Assembly: GCA_043228905.1 (NCBI GenBank)
Contig: JBHGNT010000013.1
Span: 3,968,001-4,032,000 of the forward strand
DNA from: Azolla caroliniana
Lineage: Eukaryota > Plantae > Polypodiophyta
DNA length: 64,000 nucleotides
Direction: 5' to 3'
Made by a program: the position numbers and the translations under genes. Below, piece by piece: positions 35,501 through 49,939 of the stretch. A model generated the notes under the pieces. The model was given only the letters and a program-made list of their open reading frames with translations. It did not search any database and was not told the origin of the DNA. Position 1 is the stretch's first letter. The number at the start of each line of letters is the position of its first letter.

Positions 35501-37853
35501 ACCGGAACCGGCCCCGATCCCGAAATGGATTCGGATGAAGAAGAATCGGAAGAACCGATTACCGAAGCTCCGGAACGGAGATATCCTCTAAGAGAGAGAA
35601 GGGCCCCCCGGAGATTTCCGGAACCAGAGCACGTGCTGCTAACCGACGAGGGGGAGCCGGAGAGCTTTGAAGAAGCAAAACATGACACCTAGAGCCGCAG
35701 GTGGTTGAGTGCCATGCAGGACGAGATGGATTCCCTGCATGAGAACCACACATATGAACTTGTGGAGTTGCCGAAAGGAAAGCGGGCACTTCGAAACAAG
35801 TGGGTGTTCAAGCTGAAACCGGGAGATGCCGGAAACCCCCCGAGATACAAAGCCAGGATCGTGGTGAAGGGGTTTCAGCAGAAGAAGGGCGTCGACTTCG
35901 ACGAGATATTTGCCCCGGTAGTGAAGATGACCTCCATCCGGACGGTGCTAAGCATAGTGGCAAGCATGGACCTCGAGGTAGAACAGATGGACGTGAAGAC
36001 GGCATTCCTTCACGGTGACCTCGATGAAGAGATCTACATGCAGCAACCGGAAGGATTCGAGAAGAAAGGGAAGGAGCACCTGGTATGCCGGTTGAAGAAG
36101 AGCCTTTACGGACTGAAGCAGGCTCCCCGGCAATGGTACCGGAAGTTTGACTCCTTCATGACCGACGAAGGGTACCTCAAAACGCAGTCCGACCACTGCG
36201 TGTTTGTGAAGAAGTTCGAAGGAGGAGACTTTCTAATACTCCTCCTGTACGTGGACGACATGTTGATCGTCGGACGGGACCAGGTCAAGATACGGATGCT
36301 GAAGAAGGCTCTTCACCGAACCTTCTCAATGAAGGACCTGGGTCCGGCGAGGCAAATACTAGGGATGCACATCATCCGGGACCGGAAGAAGAAGCAGTTG
36401 TGGCTGTCACAGGAGAAGTACGTGACGAAGGTGCTTCACCGGTTCAACATGTCGGAAGCAAGACCGGTCGGATCGACCCTCCCGGCAAACTGCAAGCTGT
36501 CCAGCAAGCAAAGTCCCAAGACAAAGGCTGAAAAGGAGGATATGATGAAAGTGCCGTATGCCTCAGCCGTCGGGAGCTTGATGTACGCCATGGTGTGTAC
36601 GAGACCGGACATAGGATATGCAGTCGGAGTGGTGAGCCGGTACATGAGCAATCCCGGCAAAGAGCATTGGAACGCGGCCAAGTGGATACTCCGATACCTG
36701 AAGGGCACGGCAAACGTGTGCCTCCGATTCGGCTCCGGTAAGCCCGAACTCGACGGCTTCACCGATTCGGATATGTCGGCTGATGCAGATACCAGCCGGT
36801 CCACATCAGGGTATGTGATGACGTATGCAGGGGGAGCTGTTTCGTGGCAGTCGAGGCTGCAAAAGACGGTTGCGTTGTCAACCACGGAGGCGGAGTACAT
36901 GGCAGCTGTTGAAGCCGGCAAGGAAATAATATGGATGAAGGACTTCATTAGAGAGCTCGGTATCCGGCAAGAGGAGTACCGACTCTACTGCGACAGTCAG
37001 AGTGCAATCCACCTTGCGAAGAACGCGGCCTATCACTCCCGGACGAAGCACATCCAGCGAAGATATCACTGGATCCGGGAAAGGATAGAAGACAAGGAGT
37101 TCGTGCTGACAAAGATCCACACGGACGAGAACGGGTCGGATATGCTGACCAAGGTGCTCACACCCGACAAGCTGGAAGCATGCCGGAAGAGGATCGGATT
37201 GGAAAGACATCCCATGCCGAAGTGAAGGGGGAGTTTGTTGGGATTACGGTCCCTTCGGATGGGATGGTCGGATGTCGGAGATGAATGCCGACAAGCCCGG
37301 TTTCGGTTTCGGAACCGGATGATGAAGACCCCGACTTCGGGGCCGGATGACGAATGTACCCGGAGAGCGATCCGAATGTAGGGACATATCCGTGAATATG
37401 TCTGCTATGGGCCCCTGAGGCTATAGTTGTAAATAGCCCCAAAGTCATATATTTATAAATATGACTTAGGGCAAACTGTTTTAGTGCTGCTGATCATTTT
37501 TTTCTGTTTTTCCACTCAAGAGGAGTGAAGAGGGAGCAGCCGTGAGAGAGAGAGAGAGAGAGAGATAGAGCGCGAGAGAGGAAGAGGACGATGCCTCTGT
37601 GTATTTCCGCCGCCTGTGGCGAGGACAGCGAGCTCAAGGTCGTCGCCTTGCAGCTCGCCATTGTATACTTCTCTTTGTATAGTGTTGGTTTGGAGTCTTG
37701 TACTCCCGTGGTTTTTCCCATCTAGGGTTTTCCACGTTAATCCCTGTGTATTCGTGTGTTTCTCTCTTTGGTTCCTATTTTCTGCTGCATTGATTCGCGA
37801 TTACTCGGTTGTGGCCGAGCGGTGAAGGTGAATCGAAGCGTCGATTCCCAACA
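32504..37853 (+). mobile_element. Near-intact young Ty1/Copia retrotransposon with 618-bp LTRs (32504-33121, 37236-37853)
   Basis: TSD GGGAG/GGGAG; PBS TGGTATCAGAGC (tRNA-iMet) at 33125-33136; PPT GAAGGGGGAG; about 5 LTR differences by eye. Confidence 0.98.
33152..37225 (+). CDS. Copia gag-pol polyprotein with one in-frame TAG at 35690-35692
   Basis: CFHCGKPGHFRKNC, WVVDSGAS, integrase (HTDV, RADNGGEY, AERMNRT), RT (QMDVKTAFL, YVDDM) and RNase H; ORFs 33077-35692 and 35705-37225 are in the same frame. Confidence 0.93.
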
Positions 37854-40800
37854 GGGAGGATGTTCATCCTCGACACCAACCAAGCCGGAACCGCACTATT
37901 CGAGAAAGGACAGAAGGTCGAATCGGATATTGACCTGTGGCACAAGCGGTTCGGCCATGTTAACTTCCCATGGCTTCGTGAAATGCAGATGAAGAACATT
38001 GTGTTCGGTTTGCCAAAATTTTGTGGCCGGGATGGCCCAGTCTGTGAAGCCGGCCAACTAGGTAAGCAACACCAACTTCCATTCCCCAATGAGCGTAATT
38101 AGGGTCGAAATCCACTCGACTTAATCTGGCATTCGAATGTATGGGGACCAGCATAGAACATGAGCTTCGGTGGTAGTTGTTACTTCGTAACCTTCATTGA
38201 TGACTTCACTCGGCACACCTGGGCATGCTTGATCGCGAAAAAGAGCGAAGTCTTCACGTAGTTCCTAAAGGTGAAGAGCCTTGCGGAAAGGGAAACTGGA
38301 CGAAAGATCAAGTGCCTACGGTCCGATGGCGGGAAGGAGTACTTCTCCAACCAATTCACGAGTTATCTACAGAAGGAGGGAATTCGACGCAAATTCTCAT
38401 GTAGATATACGCCAAAGCAGAACGGAAGAATAGGACAATCGAAGAAGCGGCCAGGGCAATGCTTGAAGACAACCATTTGCTGAAGTTTTAGTGAGTTGAA
38501 GTCGTAAAGATGGTTGTTTACTTGCAGAATCAGAGCTCTGCTAATGGAGAAGTGTCGCCACATGAGTTGTATTACGGCAAGAAGCCGAACTTGGCACACT
38601 TGAGGGTTTTCGGCAGCATCGCGTACATGGATGTGCCAAAGGACAAACAGAGGAAGCTGGACGCCAAAACTGAAAAGTGCATCTTAGTCGACTATTTAGA
38701 CGAAAAAAAGGGGTATAAGTGTAATAACCCCCGAACGAAGGAAGTTCGCGTAAACCGAGATGTTGTGTTCGACGAGTCCGCTTCGTGGTACCTGCCTTCG
38801 CCTCCAATCCCTGATGACTCCATTCCGAATTCTGAAGAAGAGGTCAGCGAGGACGAGCTGCCTCTGCGTGATGAGGAAATCAGAGCTCTGACAAAGAGTC
38901 CGATCTCATTTCGGGTAAGCAGGCCGAATGAGGGGTTGAGCCGATATGGCCAACCAAATGAAGAGTTGGCGAGTAGTGGAGAGTCAACCATGTTGTCCCC
39001 GCATAAAGAACCGATGAGACGGTTTACACGTAAAGAAAAACAGAAGAAGAAAACGTCTGAGTACAATTTCGGCAGTGCCGAGTCAGATCGGAGCGAATCT
39101 AATTTCGGGCCAATAAAAAAGGAACCTCCGTGGAAGAGGTTGAAATCGACCGAAAAGGACGTGAAATCGGGTAATCACGAATCACGCCTATCTACCCACC
39201 TAAAGAACCCCATAAAGAGGTACGGGTACAATGAATACATGGCGCACCATTACGCATACATGACACGAGTGGCGGAAGTGCGGACTTAAGCAAGCTCCGC
39301 AAGCTTGGAACACGAAGATTACGCAACAGTTGCAGAGAATGGGGTTTACGACTTCCAAGTCAAACTCTTCATTATTTGTTTGGCAAGGTAAACTTGGACC
39401 GGTTAGCCTTTTACTTTATGTTGATGATTTAGTTATTGTCGGTGCTGACCTAGAAGAAATTGGCCGCATTAAGTCTCAGCTCGCGGCATCGTTCGAAATG
39501 AAGGATCTTGGAAACCTTCATTACTTCCTCGGGATCAAAGTGATCTGTTCCCCAAAAGGCATATTGATTAATCAACGTCATTATGTGTTGAATATGCTCT
39601 TCAAGTTCAGGATGGTAGATTGTAAGCCCATCTCGACTCCTCTGGATAGAAACAAAAAGCTTCGTAGAGATTCAAGAAAGGCGTGTGACCCGACACGATT
39701 TCGACAGATTGTCGGAAGCCTCATGTACTTGATGATCACTTGGTCGGACCTCAGCTATCTAGTTGGAATGGTCAGTCAATTCATGTCGCAGCCCACGACC
39801 GAACACCTTCAGTGCGTGCAAAGAATATTATGGTATGTCAGTAGCACGAAAGACATGGCGTTGTTATATCGTACAAGCATAGCCGAAAAGTTAGTTGGCT
39901 ACACGGATGTCGATTGGGCCGGACATACCCATGATCGTAAATCCACATCCGGATACGCCTTCTCCTTGGGAAGTCCGGCTATCTCGTGGAGCAGTAAGAA
40001 GCAGTCGACAGTGACGTTGTAGAGCATGAAGACCAAATATCAAGGGGCAACTGTCGTTATGTGCGAAGTCATTTGGCTAAAACGGCTATTACGGGATCTG
40101 CATGGGCAAGTGTCCGATCCGACAATGATCTATTGCGACAACCTCAATAGCAACTACCTTGCAAAAAACCCTGTATTCCACGCCTGGACCAAGCACATTG
40201 AGGTGCACTACCATTGGGTGCGTAAATGAGTGCGTAACCTAGTATGTAAACTGGGTGCGTAAAACTGAACACAAAATATCCAGGTGGAAGGCTCAATGAA
40301 GTGGGGAAATGTATGTTGGCTATCATGGCAGGCCCCAATTGACAGACATGAGCATCGGGAGGAGGGGATGATAAAAGCACAAGAGATTTTTTTCTCCACC
40401 ATTGGCAATGTCCACTCAACTCCTATTATTTCCAAATCTCAAGTTGTGTTAGAATTGGTCAGCCCAATAACTCTTTGGATTCTATGGAAACAATGATGTA
40501 GACGGGTCTTCTCCAACCAAACCATGCAGCCAATAATTCAAGAGATATGGCGTGAAATTGTAGCCACTCTAAAGAGCCAATATGATGGCCTCAACGGCGG
40601 CTCCGATGGAGTTGAAAGAAAATGACTTGCCTTCATGCAACAATGCTCGTCCTCTCCCTTTCTTAAGTCAGTGGGCATCCACATAAGATGGACCTATCGC
40701 GTCCCTACAAGGATTTGTATATAATAATCTCATTTGTACAATTTTATAACTAATGGAAGGAGAATATTTTTGGAAACAAAACAGAGTTCAAAGAGGAAAA

Positions 40801-40899
40801 AGAAAGGGAAAATGTACATAAATACACGATTATCAATCATTTATGAAATGTGAGTAAAAATTAACATACCATGCACACATCCACAAGTATAACAAATGG

Positions 40900-42946
40900 T
40901 GATGTTGGAGAAGTAAATAGTGATGCTAGAGAAATTGGTGGCAACATTGTAGAAAAGGCCCTCATAACATTAACGATGGTGATGGTGGCACAATGGAGAT
41001 AAGGGAAAATGAATGAAATGGTCCTCTCACTCCAAGCATCAACAACCAATCGTATAGATTCTCATTCCCCACCAATTCTTGGCAAACTTCAACTAGAAAT
41101 TCTGTTTTTCCCCCCAACTTTTCAAATTTCAAAAATTTCAAAACATTCAAATTCTACACTTTCACATTCCACTTTTCTAAATTCCCCAAATCAAGCTTTA
41201 GGATCCTCTTCAAAAGATACCTCTCAAGAAGACACCACTATAATTGAAAACATAGCAAGCCCCGTACCTATGAGGAAAAAGAAATATAGATCCCTAAATG
41301 ACATTTACGAGATAAACAATCCTATGCAAGCACTTATGAAGCCATCAGGCATACTCAAAATTATGGAGCACACGCCCCTTTGGACAACATCCACTATTTG
41401 GGCAAAGACGCATTACAAAGACTCAACAACTTAAATGAAAAAAATCATGCAAGTGGAAATGAACGCATTAGAAAAGAATGGAACATGGAGTTTGGTGCCC
41501 TTACCCAATGGTAAGAATGTTATTTCTTGCAAATGGTACTGAAAAAGAAATTTGATGCAAGTGACAAGATAGTTAGGTTGAAGGCACATTTAATTGCAAG
41601 AGGATTTATCCAAATCCATGGAATCAACTCTAAAGATACTCTAAAGAATCAGGTATGATTCTTGTGTAGCGGAAGAGATGTGTGTTATATGTATGTGTGA
41701 GAGGAAAGAGAGAAGAGAAGAGAAACACAAGATAGATTAGATAGAATGGGAACACAATGAAGTAGTCAAGAAGAAGATTTATATTCACAAGTAAAATAAC
41801 AGATACAAAAATGTAGCATTACAAGGAGTCACAACTGACTTAGTATGAAGTAGGAGAAGGGTGCTATATATAAGGTCATCCTCTCTCTTCATTAACTCAA
41901 TACAACAACTACTCTCTCTTGGGGAATGTGAAGACTCATATTTATGGGGAATATGTAATTCATTAGTTATGTGTCATAGAATATGATTCTATGACACATA
42001 GTTTATGTGTTGAGAGTAGTGGTGTGAACCTTGACCTATGAGTAATCATAGATTCTCAAAAGGTGTGTTCACATGTTGAACTATGTTGAGCTTGATTCTC
42101 AACAGATACTTTTGCACAACATTGAAGATCATTCTGATGTGCTTAACGTTTAGCATCACCTCAAGTCTCGATCTCGAGCTTCATTATATTGACATCGAGA
42201 TCGCCTTCGTGCATGGAGATATTGACAAGAAATATACATGGAACAACCTCCATGTTATGTACAGAAAACAATGCCTCATTTTGTCTGGAAATTACATAAA
42301 TCGTTGTATAGATTAAAACAATTGTCGCGAATGTGGCACCATAAACTTTATACATTTGGAAGCAAGTCACCTATTTTGTTACCATTGGTATATATGTAGA
42401 TGATTTACCCATTGCATCAAACTCCCACAAATCCATGAAACAAGTTGTCGCTCAACTAAAAGCAAAGTTCCAAGGATCTTGGACCAATTGAACATTTTTT
42501 AGGCATCAAAGTCATGTCAAACAAAATAAAGGGTACATTCTCTCCCTCGTAAAAGAAGTTGGTAAAAGAAATTCTCTAGAAATTTGAGATAATAGATTGC
42601 AAACCTATCTCCACACCAATCACCATAGCTTGCAAATTATCCAAAACAATTGTTTTGTGAACTAAAAGACAACATCTTTAAACTAAAAGAAGGTCTTTTG
42701 CGATAACCAATCAACCATGAAACTTGCAACGAACCCAAAAGTAATTGTCAATCTAAACAAACATATTCAAGCATGTCATCATTTTATTAGAGACTTGGTC
42801 AAAGCAAAAGAGAGGTCACTACAATATACCTCAACCACGACCATTTGGGTTGAATTTCTCGCTAAATCCATACCCTAACAAAAGCATTTGTTATGTTGTT
42901 CCAAGATAGGACTCAAACGAATAGGTTGATTACGTTAAGAGGGGAG
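40900..42946 (+). pseudogene. Old degenerate Copia RT/RNase H with PPT at ~42937-42946, followed by a probable LTR start at 42947
   Basis: EMNALEKNGTWSLVPLP, RLKAHLIARGF, DIEIAFVHGDID and IYVDDL remnants; AAGAGGGGAG|TGTTAGAA. Confidence 0.78.
41640..42104 (-). mobile_element. Solo LTR of the Copia family seen at 1929-2324
   Basis: Reverse complement TGTTGAGAATCAAGCTCAA...GATTCTTTAGA; TSD GATAC at 41635-41639 and 42105-42109. Confidence 0.9.
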
Positions 42947-43295
42947 TGTTAGAATATTAATAATTAGAATTACTAGAGACTCGTATAACTAGTAGATATT
43001 AAATAAAAATGAGAAAATACAACGTAACAACCCATTAGTGTCACACATTCCCACTATAAACTTCCCTACGATGACTTCTACCTATAAAATGAAAGATCAA
43101 TCATGATCACAATGTAGTCTCTTATTTTTACATCACATTAAGCTATAGATATAAATAATTGTTGTACTTTGTTAGGTAGTATTTTAAATTCCACCAACTA
43201 GATGGATCATCTCGATCTTCTTTATCTTGTACAAGATAGACTATCCTCACTACTTCACAAAGATTGATCATTGGAATACATACAATCTTTCTCAA

Positions 43296-43634
43296 TTTGT
43301 TTGGCAGAATCAGATGAGAATTAGAGGAATGTAATGATTTTGTAGGAAATGTGGCAATTAATCAATTCAATTCGAATCACATATATGATCTTCATGTGTG
43401 GACCCTGCAATAGAGATATTGCCCCTCCCCCTCCCCCCCCCCCCCCCCCCCCCCAAAAAAAGAAGAAACCTTTGACTTTGATTTTTTGTGGTTTCTCTTC
43501 ATCTAGTTCCATGCATCCTTTTTTTTACTTGTGGATTGTTTGGCCATGTGTTAAAAAGGCCTTTGTCAATCTGTTTGGCAGAATCAAATGAGAATTAGAG
43601 GAATGTAATGATTTTTTAGGAAATGTGGCAATTA
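43296..43634 (+). repeat. ~65-bp direct repeats flanking a poly-C/poly-A tract
   Basis: TGTTTGGCAGAATCA(G/A)ATGAGAATTAGAGGAATGTAATGATTTT at ~43297 and ~43572; C-run at 43422-43454. Confidence 0.75.
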
Positions 43635-46600
43635 CAAATAAATATGTGGGTATGGTAGCACACCATAAGTGTAGCCTATGTTGCGCAGATAGTAATAATA
43701 ATACACTACTAAGCACTACCATAAGTGTAGCCTATGCATGTAAAACCTGCTTACAATTTATAATAACCTTATGAGAATCTCACATCCAGATTGAAATTAG
43801 ACCAAAACCTTTGTTTTCACATTAGAATTTTCAATCAAAGGCTACACAACCTATTAGAGTTATGATCTAAAGTAAGCATATGATAAGGATAAAAGATAGA
43901 TAGATAGAGAGGAGAGAGAGAAAGAAGGGTGTTTATCCACCTGACCACCCCCGAGCGAAGGGATTGAGACGAACTCGAGCCTCGATCGGCGTCCCGTACC
44001 ACCGTCGTGGCGTCGAGTCGTACCTGGTGCTGGCGCGCTCGCTACACAACCACACTCTGCACGCCATAGATATTGGCCAAGAATAACTAGAACTATAGAC
44101 ATGAAGATTATAAGTTATGTAGCTCCATAAATTCTATTGCTTCACACTTGATTCCACAAGTAATCATATGACATAGAAAGAGCTCTTTTGCCAGTGCTCG
44201 GAAATCATTAAATTTACAAAAATTCCATGAATCAATTGTTAAGACATCACATAGTTGAAGTGGAGGTTAAAAATTCTAAATGCAAACATCGCAGACACCG
44301 CAACCATTGAAACCATCGCAACCATCACACTTACACCTTTGCTACAACGGCCACATAAGGCACCACAAATCACACCAAGTTTGAAGCTCGTGATACAAAT
44401 AACAATAATGATAACAATATTCATCTTCTTGAAATAATGTACCAATTCAGATCTTCCCCTCAAACCTCATGTCTGCAAATTATATATATATAGTGTTGAA
44501 TCGATTCAATTAATATATATATATATAATGCAATTGACCCTTGAATTAAGATCCCCCCTCTTCCATTTCCCCCCCACCTTGTCTTTGACTTTGACCCCCA
44601 ATGTTCTTCTACCATAATCAAACTTATCATTTTCATTTACAAAGTAGTGTGTCTTCTCCTCTATTTAATTTATCTTCTCTTTTTCCATCCTCTTTGTAAA
44701 TATTGCTTCTTTTTCCTCCCATGGTATTAGAGACTCTATAACGCATAACAAGAAAAACACAACAGAAGACATTTTCTTGGATTGATCTAGACATGCATTT
44801 TGAAGAACAAACAAAAAAGTTATCTTTGTCTACATCCAACCAAGCATAAAATCAGCATCTCATCTCATCAGTGTTTAACAATATAACAAGAAAATATTTA
44901 GTAAAGAAACAGACATATCACAAACATTGAATGAAGAAGACAAGGGTGGAACTAATCCTAGAAAAAGAAATATCAAAGAGCAAGTAGATAGTTCACTTTG
45001 CATTTGTAAAACAAAAAATATATTAATAGAACTAAAGAGAAAATATTTGGATGCTAGATTAATGGAGATTAGAATACATCTCAACCATGAACAAGTAGAT
45101 AAAAAAAAGCAAGCAATGTGGAAGTATCTATTAAAACTCCATTAACCCCCTCTTATGAGACTACCAAAATATTCTCCTACAAGGCTTTGATGATCTCTGC
45201 AATGCATGAGGGAGAACAACTTCATAGATAAACCACCAAATGACAGGATACTTTTCTCGATGGTGATCATAAAGATATGATGTTATTTCAATGAAGCTAG
45301 GCATGTGTACTTCACGAATTGCAACTAAGTATATCATTGACGCTATTCATGCAACCCTTATGATATCATGCGGAAAATCGGAGTCATGTGTTATGTGAGT
45401 AAACATAATGAATCATGAGATAGGTTTTCCATAGTTTTCCCTAATCTTATGATGAGTATGTGCAGTTAATTTTGAAAAGAATGAGGGTATGGATTGTAAT
45501 ATTCAATTCTATGATGTGCGATAACTATTAAGTGTGTTATTGCTTCACCACATCACACAAATGCATTCTTCTTTGGGTTTCCATAATATGTTTTGTATTG
45601 TGTGTAATGACTCCTACAATAATAAATTTTTTTGTGCATGGGGCCAAGCATGTTTGCACTAATTGCACACGCTCACCTCATGGACCTTTTGTAGAATGCA
45701 TTGTATATGCCACTCTCTCCTCACTTGAGTCATCTCTTGGCCGATTCTATGGTATATAATGCTCTGGATGAGGTGCATGTCGACTAACCAAGGGCTTCTT
45801 ACCTTAGGGAATACTTAATGTTTCATACACCTATTTTATTATTATTGTAATTATTTTCTAATTATACAAATTTTCGTCCCACTTTCTTAAGATTTTCTTG
45901 TAATTTTCATCTATCCACCCATACCTAACTCTTTTTTACCCTTAATTTTCATGTTCATCTACACTATTTATGTGCATTTACTTAGGGTGTAACAATTCCA
46001 TGTAGACTATTTTTTCATATTGAGTGGTCATCATGCCGCTTTTTAAACACTTTTTTCAAATCATCATCGAGGTTAAGTCATGTAATCAAGCCATAGAACT
46101 CGATTCAAAACACATGAGTTCACCTATGATGCTTTTTTCCATAGATTTGACTATTACCTCTTCATGCACAAAAACTCCACGTGTATCAATTTGTGGCCTT
46201 ATGTCCACAATTGTGAAAATCACCATCACAATATTTCGATAGATGTGTCCATACACTCTCCATTTAATTTTGGCCTTTTTTCTAGTAGGTGCCACATGAT
46301 ATTTTGGATCTTGTTTTCATAACTTCTCGTCTTGTATAGGTAGTGACTTATTTTTGGGTGAAAGTATGCAAATCGGAAAAAAAGATGAGTTGTTTCTCAA
46401 TTATTTATAACATAAAAGTATTGTTTGTAGACTTGATTCAAGCATCCAAGCTCCATAAAAAGGTAGACACATGGTAGGTAGATGAAGCAAGGCATGGAAA
46501 GGCATTGATAATGAAAATCCAAGACCATAAGAAAGCAATTCAAGATTTTACTTAAAATAAAATACAAAGTCAACAATGTTTTCTAAATGTCATCGATTGT

Positions 46601-48315
46601 TTATTAATCGGATAGTTTGATAGTTTACAAGTAATACATGAACCTTGATGAATTACACATAGTAGTAAATTCAAGTATTTGAATTGGTATGTCATACAAT
46701 TTAAGTTTTGAATAAAACGAGACAACAAGTTCAAAATGGCCATGCAATTAAATCCAAACAAATATTTCTAAATTTGAGTTTCACATTTACTCATGGTGGG
46801 AGTATTAGTAGTACATCCACATATAGTGACTTGATTGTTGTGGCACATATTATTGTTGCTTTATAATATTTTTGGAGTTATAATTTTCATGGTGAAATGT
46901 ATTAAATATTCTAGGGAGAGAATTTGGGGCGATAGCAACTTCGATGAATAAAGAGATAAATTTCCATCTCTGTCAATTTCAATAACCAAAGATTACACCC
47001 AATGTGATATTTTAGATAATTTAGCACTTACAATTTTGTTTTATTAGACATCAATAATACAAACTTCCTAATTCACTAAGTGGCTTCTGAGTGAGTTAGG
47101 GCCACCTTGGATATCGAGATCCACCACATTCGCCAACATTTTGGCATGAGACGTGCAATGTGCAAGGGTCTTGCTCGTGGAGGATACATGGCTTCTATTA
47201 TAGTCGAAGTTGTGTTCAAAATAAACATTTGACTTTGTTGAGCAATTTTGGTTTTATTGGAAACTTGCAACATGTTTTACAGAGAAGATGAAAAATCAAC
47301 ATCATTTGGAACCTTTGCCCATTCATTTCCCTCTCTCTTTCCCTCAACAAACAAATTGAATTGTTGCATTGGTGCTATTGTCATACAAGAGCTACATTTT
47401 CGCGTCTATGAATCATACTCTACAAGGCTTCTAAATTTTGGTTATTCTCCTATAGTTGTCTTTAGGCCTCCTAGAGTTGTACTTTAGGATTTGAAGATCT
47501 CATACTAGACCTACCAAACGTTTGACTTTATGCTTCTCAATTTGCAATGGAATTTTTTAACCTGATATTATAAGCTAGAAAAAGAGAGATTCCACCTAGG
47601 CTCCAGGAACTTCATATATGAGGCTCCAAGGAACTAACTACATATATATGAGAGTTTTCAAAGAAAAGTCAAGGAAAGGCAAAGGTGAGAGAATACAACA
47701 TTGATGGAGATAAGCACTAGAGTCTTGTCTTCCTCCTCTTCTTTCGTAATGTTGTGGTGCATGATCGGAATGGGTATTGTCATGAGGTTTATAACAGAAA
47801 CCCTCTAATGTTACAAAATCCTAAACTTTGATGGTGTTATCACAAGAGCCTAAAATGGTTTTAGATGACTAGCATTAAAAACGAAGTGGTGATGTGGTGT
47901 ACTGATTGTGATAAACATAGGTCAAAACGAGATAAGAGATAGAGTGGAGGCGTGGGAGAAAAAGTAAGAGAGAGAATATGCAAACACATGGGAAAAGGGG
48001 CAAAGAAAAAGGGGGAAGAAAAGATAAAAACAAAAGAATGTAAAAGTCTTAAAAAATTACTAGAGTCATTCAATAATAATATTCGTTCTAGAGTTTGATT
48101 CCTTCTAGAATGACTACCTTCAATAATAATATTCGTTCTCACTTTAAACATTGAAAAGGGATGTTTGCATTTAATGCAAATGTGCCCCCACCCCATTCCT
48201 TACCCTATAAAAAGGAGGGGCAAGCTCATTTTCTTTCTTTGCTTTTTTTGGTATTTTTCTTAAGCCAAGCTATCTTGAGTTCTTCTCCTTCTCTTGAGTA
48301 AAGTTTTTGGGAGCG

Positions 48316-49760
48316 TGTAAAGAGTTAAATGTGAAACCTAATCAACATACACGATCGGCCCTAATGGATGATAGCACATAGTTAGGTAAACACAAAATTG
48401 AGAGATAGAGAGAGAGCAAACGCCAAAAAATTCTATTCAAAGTAATAATGCTCTATACATCAAAGTGTGCTAACTGAGCACTTTTTTATACAAACCTCAG
48501 ACATAGGCTAACTCAAGTACTAACAAGTACTTGAATCTCATAAATCAACATCTAACACTAACAACCTAAATATTCCTATGACTAAAAATAGGAATAAAGG
48601 CATGGCCTACTACCTCTCTCTCAACTGATCTAGCTATTGGCTTCTTCAGTTGAGTCTCCTCAATCGGCTCAGCTTTTGGCTTCTTTAGCCGATCCTCCTC
48701 AATCGGCTTCTTCAATTGATCTGTCCTACAGGCCTTTAGTTGTGCGGCTCATGTTGAGCTTGTCTCTCAACACCCCCCCTCAAGCTCAACTCGAGGTTCC
48801 TCATTAGATTTAGTCGGTCCTTCGTTCCAACTTCTCCTGGCTTCATGCCTCCTTGCTTGCAGTCCACGACCCCTCCGGTTTTGCGAACCAGGACCTATTT
48901 GGTTGGCTTGTTTTCTCTTAAGACCGTCGATGGCGTTCTCTTGGCCTCTATAGATTTAGCGCCCATTAATCCGTCAGTTCCTCTGTACTGGCGTCAGCTT
49001 TGGTTGCATCCTCATCCGCTTGGCCTTCATATGATTCCGCTCGTTTGAATCATTCCTCTTGTCTGAATTGATTGTCTCCGATTCGTTCCCGCTCTTGACT
49101 AAATTGGATGTCTCTGATTCATCTTCAAATCGATCTTTTGCTATCTCAGCCCAAGACTTCACGACTTTCTCCGCCTTTTTAGCTCTGACCTATAGCTTGT
49201 TCGGCTGCTCTCCCTATAGTTGGCTCTTCTTCCTTTAGTGGAACTTCTTCAAGTCATTCTCTTGTCCAATTCGGCTTCCTAAGCTGATTTTGCTCTCTTT
49301 TCAAGTCTCGCTTCATCTTCAAGTCCGTCTAGTCTCCCCCTCAAGTTCCATAAATCGAGGTGCTATAACCCAAGCATGGGCCCAAGAATTTTTGCAACTT
49401 GTCAAGATCGAGAGGTTTGGCAAAGATGTCGGCCACCTGCCAATCCATCGAAAGAAACATACAACGTTTCCAATTCACCAGAGAGAATACGCTCGCGCAA
49501 GAAGTGATAATGCACTTTGATGTGCTTCGTTCGAGTGTGGAACAGGGGGTTTTAGTGATTTGTATGCTATTGAGGTTGTCACAATAGATCATTGTCAGGT
49601 TGGACACCTCCAACCGCATATCCCTCAATAGCCACTTGAGCCATATAGCTTCGCATGTTGCAACAACCGCTCCTCTATATTCGGCCTTGATGCTCGACAA
49701 TGCCACTATCGGTTGTTTCTTGCTGCACTAGGCGGTTGTTGCACTCCCCAAGGAAAACTC
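48316..49760 (-). mobile_element. Copia 3' fragment: RNase H (49341-49760), 3' spacer, PPT and LTR 48316-48772
   Basis: ALSSIKAEYRG...IYCDN; GAGGGGGGG|TGTTGAGAGACAAGCTCAACA, the same LTR start as 30718. Confidence 0.85.
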
Positions 49761-49939
49761 CACTACAGAAAGAAACTACTCAAGAACCGAACGTGAGGCT
49801 CTTGGGATGATCTATAGTATCAATCAATTCCGACACTACCTACTGGGACGGAAATTTACATTTCACGTCGATCATTCGGCATTGCTAGATCTAGTGTAGA
49901 AGCAGGAACTGACAAGTAAACTAGCAAGATGGATATTAA
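49760..49939 (+). pseudogene. Gypsy RNase H fragment, the target of the DNA transposon insertion
   Basis: ERNYSRTEREALGMIYSINQFRHYLLGRKFTFHVDHSAL...KLARWIL. Confidence 0.85.

Larger units (their letters stand above)
30718..40229 (+). mobile_element. Older Copia element (5' LTR 30718-31106, gag-pol pseudogene) interrupted by a younger Copia
   Basis: TGTTGAGAGACAAGCTCAACA...TTTACA; degenerate Met PBS AGGTATTAGAGC; gag EKLDRSNYASW; CWYCGKKGHGDNKC; frame resumes after 37858 (LWHKRFGH, LRSDGGKEY, LLYVDDL); most of the RT N-terminus is deleted near 39300. Confidence 0.88.

Noticed and set aside
43321-43591. Poly-Pro/poly-Gly ORFs
   Set aside because: They derive from a simple poly-C tract with no other coding signal.
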